Assembly: GCF_000146505.1 (NCBI RefSeq)
Contig: NC_017448.1
Coordinates: forward strand, 3,180,001 to 3,212,000
DNA: 32,000 nt
Source: Fibrobacter succinogenes subsp. succinogenes S85
GTDB taxonomy: Bacteria; Fibrobacterota; Fibrobacteria; Fibrobacterales; Fibrobacteraceae
Direction of reading: 5' to 3'
The notes under the pieces are model-generated. The model was not told where the DNA came from, did not search any database, and saw nothing but the letters and a program-made list of their open reading frames with translations. This document shows positions 25,180 through 32,000 of this stretch, in pieces. The first letter of the stretch is position 1. Each line of letters opens with the position of its first letter. A program made the position numbers and the translations under genes.

Positions 25180-25924
25180 ACATCACTCCTTTGCCACCGA
25201 ACAAGTCTAATGCACTACCAATGGTAAGATCAATCTTGCCATTCGAAATTTCTTTGCAATGGATCAGGTCTTCAAGCGATTTTGCACCACCTGCATACGT
25301 TACGGGAATTGGGCTATTCTCGGCGAGGAACTTGATGAGCTCGTCGTCCATGCCCTGCTGCTTGCCTTCGACATCGGCTGCGTGAACCAAGAATTCATCA
25401 CAGCTTTTGGCGAGGTCTTCAAGCGTTTCCTTGTTGATTTCGATATCGATAATCGTCTGCCAACGGTTTGTCGCAATCTTCCATTGTGGCTTGCCATTGA
25501 CCATGCCGGTGCGCTTGCAACTCAAGTCCAAAATCAGGTGTTCCTTGCCGACCGTCTTTACAAGTTCGTCAAGGCGCGAACGGTCAAGTTTTCCGTCTGG
25601 GAAAATCCAGCTCGTCACAATCACGTGCGATGCGCCCGCGTCAATGTATTCTTTAGCGTTCTGGGCGTTGATACCACCACCAACTTGCATACCCCCTGGA
25701 TACGCCGAAAGCGCGTCCTTTGCCGCGCTCTCGTTTCCCTTACCAAGCATAATCACGTGCCCGCCTTTGATGCCGTCTTTCTTATAGAGTTCGGCAAACC
25801 ATGCGGATGACCTGTCTGTTTCAAAATTTGTCTTGAGCCCCGCTCCACTATCGGAGAGTGAACTGCCGACGATCTGCTTTACCTTGCCATCGTGCAAGTC
25901 AATGCACGGCCTAAACTTCGTCAT
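25142..25924 (-). CDS. hisA: ProFAR isomerase, HIS6-type HisA
   Basis: N-terminus MTKFRPCIDLHDGKVKQIVG is characteristic of the HIS6-like HisA subfamily. (beta/alpha)8-barrel length (260 aa) with a C-terminal GGAKS phosphate-binding segment. Confidence 0.8.
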   Translation of the reverse strand: MTKFRPCIDLHDGKVKQIVGSSLSDSGAGLKTNFETDRSSAWFAELYKKDGIKGGHVIMLGKGNESAAKDALSAYPGGMQVGGGINAQNAKEYIDAGASHVIVTSWIFPDGKLDRSRLDELVKTVGKEHLILDLSCKRTGMVNGKPQWKIATNRWQTIIDIEINKETLEDLAKSCDEFLVHAADVEGKQQGMDDELIKFLAENSPIPVTYAGGAKSLEDLIHCKEISNGKIDLTIGSALDLFGGKGVMYDDCVKFNKAQG

Positions 25925-26976
25925 TAGTCCTTGACCCCTGTAATAGCCCAGTCAATATTCTTGCCGAGACCGTTCTTGCTTCTGCCGCGGTAGAATAAAA
26001 CTTCGCCACCTGCAGCAATCTTCATGGCCTTCTTTGCAAACCAGCCGTCAATCTTGTCCAAGAGCGAGGCCTTCTGCAAAACCTTGTTCACGGGGAACAC
26101 CATGGCCGGTACGCCGTTTTTCCATTCAAAGGAGAGCGTGGTCTTCGGGAACTTCTTGCCATTGTAATCGGAGCCACCTTCCTTGACCTTTGTCGGAATG
26201 GCGACCTTCAAGCCTTGCGGACCGTTGTACAATGCATATCCCATGAGCTGGCCGTCTGTCGTGAGTGTAATGCGGCCTGCGTGCATCGGCGATTTGTCGC
26301 TGGTGCTAAAGTTGATGGTGCGTGCGGCGATTTCGGTTGCCTGGGTGGTTTGCCAGGTTTGGTCCATGTAGGCGTAGCCCTTGACCATCAATGTGTCTTC
26401 GTTGTAGGCAATCTTGCCCGTCACGCGTCCGTACGGAATATGAATATACTGGGCAAACTTTTCCTTGCCGAAGGTCCAGGTGCCGTTTCCCGGAACCATG
26501 CCTTGGACCGCACTTTCAAATGTCACGTCCAGAAGGAACTTTCCACCCTTGTCGGCACTGTAAAGGACGCGATGGCCTTTGCCAGGTTTGTTCTGGAGAA
26601 TGTATTCGTCCGTCTTGATGGTAATTGTTGATTTTTCCTTGCTTGCAACAAGGCGCTCAGGCGGGTACTGGCGACCGACGGAATAGGTTTTTCCCTTGAA
26701 GTTCCAGAAGCTCAGGTCGCAGCCGATTTTGCGGCCCGATCCTGGTACGTTGAGCAGGGAATAGTTCACAAAGGCGCGCGTGCCGTTGTCGAATACGAAC
26801 TGGTAACTCCAAGTCTCGTTGAAATCCTTGGTGATAGCCTTGTGCGGCATAAAATCACTTACAGTGAGGGCTCTGTCGTTACCCTGCGGTCCTGTAACTT
26901 CTGCGGCGTGTGTTGTCGCAGAAATAGCAAGCAGGGAGCAAATCCCCAAAACAATATTTTTTATTTGTAATCTCAT
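25924..26976 (-). CDS. secreted protein of unknown function
   Basis: Signal peptide MRLQIKNIVLGICSLLAISATTHA, then beta-rich sequence. I cannot assign a family with confidence; the lipocalin/AttH-like impression is weak. Its stop overlaps the hisA start (TAATG). Confidence 0.6.
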   Translation of the reverse strand: MRLQIKNIVLGICSLLAISATTHAAEVTGPQGNDRALTVSDFMPHKAITKDFNETWSYQFVFDNGTRAFVNYSLLNVPGSGRKIGCDLSFWNFKGKTYSVGRQYPPERLVASKEKSTITIKTDEYILQNKPGKGHRVLYSADKGGKFLLDVTFESAVQGMVPGNGTWTFGKEKFAQYIHIPYGRVTGKIAYNEDTLMVKGYAYMDQTWQTTQATEIAARTINFSTSDKSPMHAGRITLTTDGQLMGYALYNGPQGLKVAIPTKVKEGGSDYNGKKFPKTTLSFEWKNGVPAMVFPVNKVLQKASLLDKIDGWFAKKAMKIAAGGEVLFYRGRSKNGLGKNIDWAITGVKD

Positions 26977-26984
26977 ACTTGAAA

Positions 26985-27017
26985 AAATAAAAAAAAGCTG
27001 TTCTTGTGGAACAGCTT
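26985..27017 (-). terminator. intrinsic terminator after the epimerase gene
   Basis: On the minus strand, aagctgttc-cacaa-gaacagctt followed by a T-rich run of 11 nt (ttttttttatt). 8-9 bp stem. About 60 nt past the stop at 27079. Confidence 0.75.
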
Positions 27018-27078
27018 CATTCTAGAAATTCGCTGAACGGCGGTTATTATGGAATGAACTGCCGATAATCGGAACAAG

Positions 27079-28062
27079 TTACAGGCGCAAGTCGCGGCCC
27101 ATGCCCATCTTGAGTTCTACGCGACGGCGGACGACCATTTCGTTGAACAAATCCGAGAGGCAGTCTTCCATGCAAATCATGGGTTTCCAGCCGAGATTCA
27201 TGATCTTGGTGGGGTCGCCAATTAGGAGCGGAATGTCGTTGCAACGGTCGTAACCCGGATCAAATCTGAAGTCTACGCTCACGCCGGAGATGTCCACGAG
27301 CATTTCCACGAGTTCGCGGAACGTGTAGGACTTTCCACAGCAAATGTTGAATGCTTCGCCGGATTCGGCGGTATTCAAAATCTGGATGGCGGCGCGGGCA
27401 ACGTCACGAACGTCAACCACGTCACGGCTTACGTCGAGGCTTCCCGAGTAAATGACCGGTTCCGCGCCGTAATACTTTATCTTCACCAGCTGGTAGGCGA
27501 TGGATGGGATTACAAAGCGGCGGCTGTGATGCGGGCCCGTAAAATGGAACGGGCGTGCAAACACGATGTGCAAACCGTTTGCATTGCGGAACTGGTTCCC
27601 GAGAATTTCCATGCATGCCTTGGACGTGGCATACGGAGTGAGCGGGTTAGGAGGGTCCGTTTCCTTGTGCAGGTAAGTCAGTTGCTGTTCTGTTCGACCG
27701 TAGATTTCGCTACTGCTGAGGAGCAAGACTTTTGCCTTCGGCACAACCTGTCGCACCGCTTCAAGGAGCGTCTGCGTACCCAACAAGTTGATGTTGAGCG
27801 TTTCGTAAGGCTTCTTGTAGCTGAGCCCCACAGAGGATTGGCTAGCCAAATGGTAAATGTGCGTCGGTGAAACTTTCTGAATCATTTCCAGCACATTCCT
27901 GAAGTCTAGCAAATCACCGGTCAGGTACTGTACTCCTTCGACCTTTTGCCACGGCTGCGGAAGTTCATCACTGAAGCTGTACAGCTCGTGATTGGTGCCG
28001 CTTAAGTTAGATAGAATACTGTACCCAAGTGATCCCGTTCCCCCGGTAACCAATATGCTCAT
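27079..28062 (-). CDS. NAD-dependent epimerase/dehydratase (extended SDR, sugar-nucleotide modifying)
   Basis: VTGGTGSLG Rossmann motif and YATSK (YxxxK) catalytic motif. 327 aa. Confidence 0.85.
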   Translation of the reverse strand: MSILVTGGTGSLGYSILSNLSGTNHELYSFSDELPQPWQKVEGVQYLTGDLLDFRNVLEMIQKVSPTHIYHLASQSSVGLSYKKPYETLNINLLGTQTLLEAVRQVVPKAKVLLLSSSEIYGRTEQQLTYLHKETDPPNPLTPYATSKACMEILGNQFRNANGLHIVFARPFHFTGPHHSRRFVIPSIAYQLVKIKYYGAEPVIYSGSLDVSRDVVDVRDVARAAIQILNTAESGEAFNICCGKSYTFRELVEMLVDISGVSVDFRFDPGYDRCNDIPLLIGDPTKIMNLGWKPMICMEDCLSDLFNEMVVRRRVELKMGMGRDLRL

Positions 28063-29685
28063 CTAAACCTCACTTGCCTGGATGGCTTTCCAGGCATCTG
28101 CAATAATACCCTTATCAATATTACAAACTTTTTCGACCTTTCCGATCTTTGTAGGCAAAATATAAACTCTAGTGCCTTTTTCGGCCTTCTTGTCGACAGC
28201 CATTGCAGCCCAAGCCGCTTCGACATCCGTGTTGTATGTCTTCGGGAATCCGAGATCGTCGAGCAACTTGTTTTGGCGCTGTTCGTCTTCCTTCGAAAGC
28301 TTTCCGAGGAGCACTGCAGCGCGTGCGGCGACTCTCATGCCCAAAGAAACGGCGATACCGTGGCTGTAAAGCTCGTAATGCGTGAGCTTTTCAATAGCAT
28401 GTCCGAATGTGTGGCCGTAATTGAGGATGGCGCGGAGGCCTGCTTCTTTTTCGTCGATGCCGACCACTTCGGCCTTGATTTGGCAGCTGCGGAAAATCAT
28501 GTGCTTCAACACGTCAAAGTCGTGAGCCTTGATCTTTTCGACATTATTTTCAAGGTAGGTGAAGAATTCTTCATCGTAAATCACGCCGTACTTGACGATT
28601 TCGGCAAGACCCGCAAGGTATTCGGTTGGGGGGAGCGTGTTCAGCACAGAAATGTCGCAGACAACCGCTTTCGGCTGGTAGAATGCGCCAATCATGTTCT
28701 TGCCTTCGGCATGGTTCACGGCAACCTTACCGCCAACGGAACTGTCGACCATCGACAAGAGCGTTGTCGGGAACTGCACAAACGGAATGCCGCGCTGGTA
28801 CGTGGCGGCGCCAAAGCCTGCCATGTCACCTACGACGCCACCGCTGAACTGCAAAAGGCAGCTCTTGCGGGTATAACCGCGGTGCAACATAAAGCTGTAA
28901 AGCTGGTTCAAGTTGTGGAGCGTCTTGTGGCCTTCGCCTGCCTGGAACTTGAAAATCGGGCAACGACCTGCCTGACCGCGGAGTTCCGAAAGCTTCGTGT
29001 TCTGTTCCTTGGCAATCGTCGTGTCCGTGCAAATCAAGAATTCATAAGTCGGGGCAAGACGTAAGCCTTCAAGCATAATGGCTGCATCCGGCACAATGTT
29101 CTTGCCGATGAAAATCGGGTAGCGACCGCCTTCGCTCGGGTGCACGTCAAGCGCATGGCTTTCCCAGAACTTGAGCATGTGCATGATGCGTTCCGTGACG
29201 TGCGTTTCGGAATAGTCGTTCGTGCTTTCGACGCTAAAGTCTGCGTTGGCGTAATTCTTTTCGCGGTCTTTCAGCATCTGCTTGATTTTTTCAAGACGTT
29301 CTTCATCCGAAAGGTTTGCGAGGAGCGGTCGCGTGTTCTTGCGGCCAATGCGTTCCGAAAGCACTTCGGGCTTTGCCCACAAGCGGATAATCGTTCCGTT
29401 TTCGCGGATGACCTTCAAGTTTTCGGCTTGCGTGAGAGCGCCACCGCCAAGAGAAACGACGAGAGGCTTTTCGCTCTGTGCAATTTCGGCAATTACGTCG
29501 CGTTCCATCTTGCGGAACGCGGCTTCGCCTTCTTGCTCAAAAATTTCGCTAATGGATTTGCCGGCGCGTTCTACAATGACGTTGTCTGTATCAACGAACG
29601 GGCGTCCGAGGCGGTCTGCAAGGGCGCGACCTGTACGGCTCTTGCCGCTGGCCATGAATCCGGTAAAGTATAGATGCTTCTTCAT
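28063..29685 (-). CDS. aroKB: bifunctional shikimate kinase / 3-dehydroquinate synthase
   Basis: N-terminal ~175 aa shikimate kinase (GFMASGKSRTG Walker A, FVDTD). C-terminal DHQ synthase (GGVVGDMAGFGAATYQRGIPFVQFPTTLLSMVDSSVGGK, NYGHTFGHAIE). Confidence 0.9.
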   Translation of the reverse strand: MKKHLYFTGFMASGKSRTGRALADRLGRPFVDTDNVIVERAGKSISEIFEQEGEAAFRKMERDVIAEIAQSEKPLVVSLGGGALTQAENLKVIRENGTIIRLWAKPEVLSERIGRKNTRPLLANLSDEERLEKIKQMLKDREKNYANADFSVESTNDYSETHVTERIMHMLKFWESHALDVHPSEGGRYPIFIGKNIVPDAAIMLEGLRLAPTYEFLICTDTTIAKEQNTKLSELRGQAGRCPIFKFQAGEGHKTLHNLNQLYSFMLHRGYTRKSCLLQFSGGVVGDMAGFGAATYQRGIPFVQFPTTLLSMVDSSVGGKVAVNHAEGKNMIGAFYQPKAVVCDISVLNTLPPTEYLAGLAEIVKYGVIYDEEFFTYLENNVEKIKAHDFDVLKHMIFRSCQIKAEVVGIDEKEAGLRAILNYGHTFGHAIEKLTHYELYSHGIAVSLGMRVAARAAVLLGKLSKEDEQRQNKLLDDLGFPKTYNTDVEAAWAAMAVDKKAEKGTRVYILPTKIGKVEKVCNIDKGIIADAWKAIQASEV

Positions 29686-29686
29686 T

Positions 29687-30628
29687 TTAGCCCTGCATTC
29701 CTTTGCGCATAATCGCGGTAAGTTCTTCGTTTGTTTTGTTTTCGGTTTCCTTCGGGAACCACTTTTTAAAGCTTTCGAGGCCTTGGTGTACGAGCATGCC
29801 TTCGCCAGTTACAATCTTGCAACCTTTAGCTTCTGCCATCTGCAAAAGCTTGGTGTGAGGCGGCGTGTAGACAATGTCGCAGACAACCAGACCATTGTGC
29901 AGGCATTCGTCTGTAATGGGGGAAGCGTCAACGTTCGGGCTCATGCCGACAGACGTGGCGTTGATGATGATGTTGAAGTTTGCAGAAATACTTGCAAATT
30001 CTCCAAACGTCGTGACCTGAACGGTCTTGAAATTCTTGTCGCCAGCTTTGCTGGACTGGAAAAACTTGTTCAAAGAACTTGCGAGAGCTTCGCCTTTTTC
30101 CTTTGAACGGCAAACTATAGTAAGCTCGTTTTTTTGTTCCACAAGTGTAAACGCAATCGACTGGGCGGCGCCACCGTTTCCGAGGAGTGCAATCTTCTTG
30201 TTAGACGGACTTACGCCATTCTCTTCGAGATTTCGCACGCAACCATAAGGATCCGTCGTCGTTCCGCAGAGAGTCCCGCCGACAATGCCGTCCTTCCAGT
30301 ACAGCGTGTTCACGCTGCCGGTGAACTTCGAAATTTCCGAAAGTTCATCTACTAGGCGGGCAGTTCCGTCTGCATTGAAGAATTCCGTCTTGTAGGGGAT
30401 GGTGACGTTTGCACCATGGAACTTCATCGCCTTGAAGCCTTGAATCGCTTGGGCGAAATTTTCTGGTTCGGGTGCGTAGGGGAGATATGCCGCATTGATG
30501 CCAAGGGCGTCAAAAAGGGCGTTGTGCATAGCGGGCGATTTGCTGTGAGCAACCGGATGCCCGAAAATGCAAAGAGTTTCCGTCTTTCCGTTTATGGAAG
30601 CCAAAGTAACCTCGTATGTCCTTCCCAC
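29687..30628 (-). CDS. aroE: shikimate dehydrogenase
   Basis: FGHPVAHSKSPAMHN signature and the NAD(P) site LLGNGGAAQSI. The start at 30628 is a GTG, so the exact start is uncertain. Confidence 0.9.
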   Translation of the reverse strand: MGRTYEVTLASINGKTETLCIFGHPVAHSKSPAMHNALFDALGINAAYLPYAPEPENFAQAIQGFKAMKFHGANVTIPYKTEFFNADGTARLVDELSEISKFTGSVNTLYWKDGIVGGTLCGTTTDPYGCVRNLEENGVSPSNKKIALLGNGGAAQSIAFTLVEQKNELTIVCRSKEKGEALASSLNKFFQSSKAGDKNFKTVQVTTFGEFASISANFNIIINATSVGMSPNVDASPITDECLHNGLVVCDIVYTPPHTKLLQMAEAKGCKIVTGEGMLVHQGLESFKKWFPKETENKTNEELTAIMRKGMQG

Positions 30629-30703
30629 CTGTGGGGAAAAACTCTAAATAATACACTACAAAGATATATTATTCTAGATAAAAAATTATGCAATAAGAAA
30701 TTA

Positions 30704-30745
30704 ACAGTGGTTAGTAGGCAGTAGGAAGTAGACGGTAGGAAGAGG
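30704..30745. repeat. heptad array (NNAGTAG / GTAGGAA type), inverted copy of the array at 12491-12540
   Basis: acagtgg ttagtag gcagtag gaagtag acggtag gaagagg. Positions 30720-30742 are the exact reverse complement of 12518-12540. Confidence 0.85.
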
Positions 30746-30765
30746 CTTTCCCGCCGGAACCTGTC

Positions 30766-30787
30766 ATTCCCGCCTCCGAGCGGGAAT
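30766..30787. repeat. GC-rich hairpin element attcccgc-ctccga-gcgggaat preceded by TGTC
   Basis: 8-bp perfect stem read directly. The lead-in ctgtcattcccgc parallels ttgtcaccccggc at 16186-16198. Confidence 0.6.
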
Positions 30788-30816
30788 CTCCTTCTTGTAT
30801 AGTAACGATTTTGAAA

Positions 30817-30849
30817 GCTCTCGTCTTTCGTCTGTAGCCGCATAGCGGC
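30817..30849. repeat. TCTYTCG-type heptamers (gctctcg tctttcg tctgtag) running into the hairpin gccgc-ata-gcggc
   Basis: Read directly. Same heptamer family as 11221-11253. It lies 50-80 nt upstream of the der start. Confidence 0.6.
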
Positions 30850-30898
30850 GTTCTCTCCTCTAAACGCCCCCTAGACACAATTTCTATATTTGTGCTCG

Positions 30899-32000
30899 AT
30901 GAAATTACCTATCGTTTGCATAATTGGACGTCCGAACGTCGGAAAGTCCTCCCTCTTCAACCGCATTCTTGGCCGCCGTGCCGCCGTGGTGAGCGACCGC
31001 GATGGTGTTACCCGCGACCGTCATTACCAGAATGCGATTTACAAGGGTCACGAATTTACAGTCGTCGATACGGGTGGATTCTTGCCCGATGATTCTATTG
31101 ACGTCTTGGCGGACAGCGTCCGCGCCCAGATTTTTAACGCCGTGAACGAAGCCGACCTCGTGCTCTTCATGGTCGATATCCGCGTGGGCATCACCAAGCT
31201 TGACCAGCAGTTTGCGCGCCTTATCCGCAAGCTTGACAAGAAGGTCATCCTCGTCGCGAACAAGAGCGAATTGCAGGGCGATCGTCAGGAAAGCTACGAA
31301 TTCCTCAAACTCGGCTTTGGTCAGCCGCGTACTGTTAGTGCCTTGACCGGCTACGCTTGCCTCTCGCTTTTGGACGAAGTGGTCTCCGTGCTCCCGACTC
31401 CGGTGCGTGGCGAACGCCGCGAAGAACGCCCGGTGCGTTTTGCCATTCTTGGCCGCCCGAACGCAGGCAAGAGTACGCTCCTCAACCGCCTGTTGAACGA
31501 AGACCGCGCTGTGGTCTCCGACATCCCGGGTACGACCCGCGACTCCATTGACTGTGACTTTGTCGTTGACGGACAAAAGTTTGTCGTTACCGATACCGCT
31601 GGCCTTCGCAAAAAGGCTCGCGTCGAAGACGAAGTGGAAGTCTTCAGCAACATGCGTACGCTCGAAAGCATCCGTCGTTCTGATTTGTCTGTGCTCGTCG
31701 TCGATTGCACGCGCGGCATGGAAATCCAGGACTACCGCATCATCACGGAAATCCGCAAGGCCGGTAAGGGCCTTGTCGTTGTGCTGAACAAGTGGGATAT
31801 CCTCCCGAACAAGAACGACAAGTCCTTCGATCACATGGTCAAGGAACTCCTCGAACGCGAACCGATGCTTGAATTTGTACCGATTCTCTCGATCAGTGCC
31901 AAGGAAGGCCAGCGCGTGGGCCGCGTGATTCAGGCTATCCAGACCGTCTATGCCAACTGCCGTCGTGTGCTTGGCCGTGACCGCGTTGCCGAAAGCTTTG
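30899..32000 (+). CDS. der: ribosome-associated GTPase Der/EngA (5' part; continues past window end)
   Basis: Hand translation from the ATG at 30899: MKLPIVCIIGRPNVGKSSLFNRILGRRAAVVSDRDGVTRDRHY...DTGG. The second G domain starts FAILGRPNAGKSTLLNR near 31441. The frame is open to the window end. Not in the ORF track, presumably because it is unterminated. Confidence 0.9.
   Translation, partial: MKLPIVCIIGRPNVGKSSLFNRILGRRAAVVSDRDGVTRDRHYQNAIYKGHEFTVVDTGGFLPDDSIDVLADSVRAQIFNAVNEADLVLFMVDIRVGITKLDQQFARLIRKLDKKVILVANKSELQGDRQESYEFLKLGFGQPRTVSALTGYACLSLLDEVVSVLPTPVRGERREERPVRFAILGRPNAGKSTLLNRLLNEDRAVVSDIPGTTRDSIDCDFVVDGQKFVVTDTAGLRKKARVEDEVEVFSNMRTLESIRRSDLSVLVVDCTRGMEIQDYRIITEIRKAGKGLVVVLNKWDILPNKNDKSFDHMVKELLEREPMLEFVPILSISAKEGQRVGRVIQAIQTVYANCRRVLGRDRVAESF

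Overview
Gene-dense chromosomal segment of about 30 CDS, with no rRNA, tRNA, CRISPR array, integrase or transposase that I can see. Gene content points to a Fibrobacter succinogenes-like genome; that is an inference. It rests on a 658-aa lipoprotein GH5 cellulase with an N-terminal CBM-like module, many lipoproteins and beta-barrel proteins, and roughly 50% GC.

Left to right:
- a minus-strand Mla/Mce-type lipid ABC operon: STAS-MlaE fusion, MlaF, MlaD, and a PqiC-like lipoprotein cut by the window edge
- a visibly AT-rich two-gene island of orphan membrane proteins
- rlmD-like rRNA methyltransferase followed by three small lipoprotein genes
- a convergent 1179-aa outer-membrane protein (HExxH + TolB-type propeller + beta-rich C-terminus)
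- GH5 cellulase
- a tandem SagB-like nitroreductase-fold protein
- lrgAB
- fmt-rsmB translationally coupled to two beta-barrel proteins
- mutY
- an AT-rich orphan gene
- a long minus-strand string: aroE, aroK-aroB fusion, SDR epimerase, secreted protein, HIS6-type hisA, GT4 glycosyltransferase
- the 5' part of der

Most of the window is ordinary housekeeping and envelope biology. Nothing here is a demonstrable new system from sequence alone. The items worth a second look are:
1. Short heptad-repeat arrays (GTAGGAA/TTCCTAC type and TCTYTCG type). They include a 23-nt exact copy in inverted orientation 18 kb apart, and one copy sits inside the 1179-aa CDS.
2. Two AT-rich orphan loci (3.4-5.4 kb and 23.0-23.7 kb).
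3. The stand-alone tandem SagB-like protein.
4. The chimeric 1179-aa envelope protein.
5. GC-rich hairpin elements sharing a TGTCAY lead-in.
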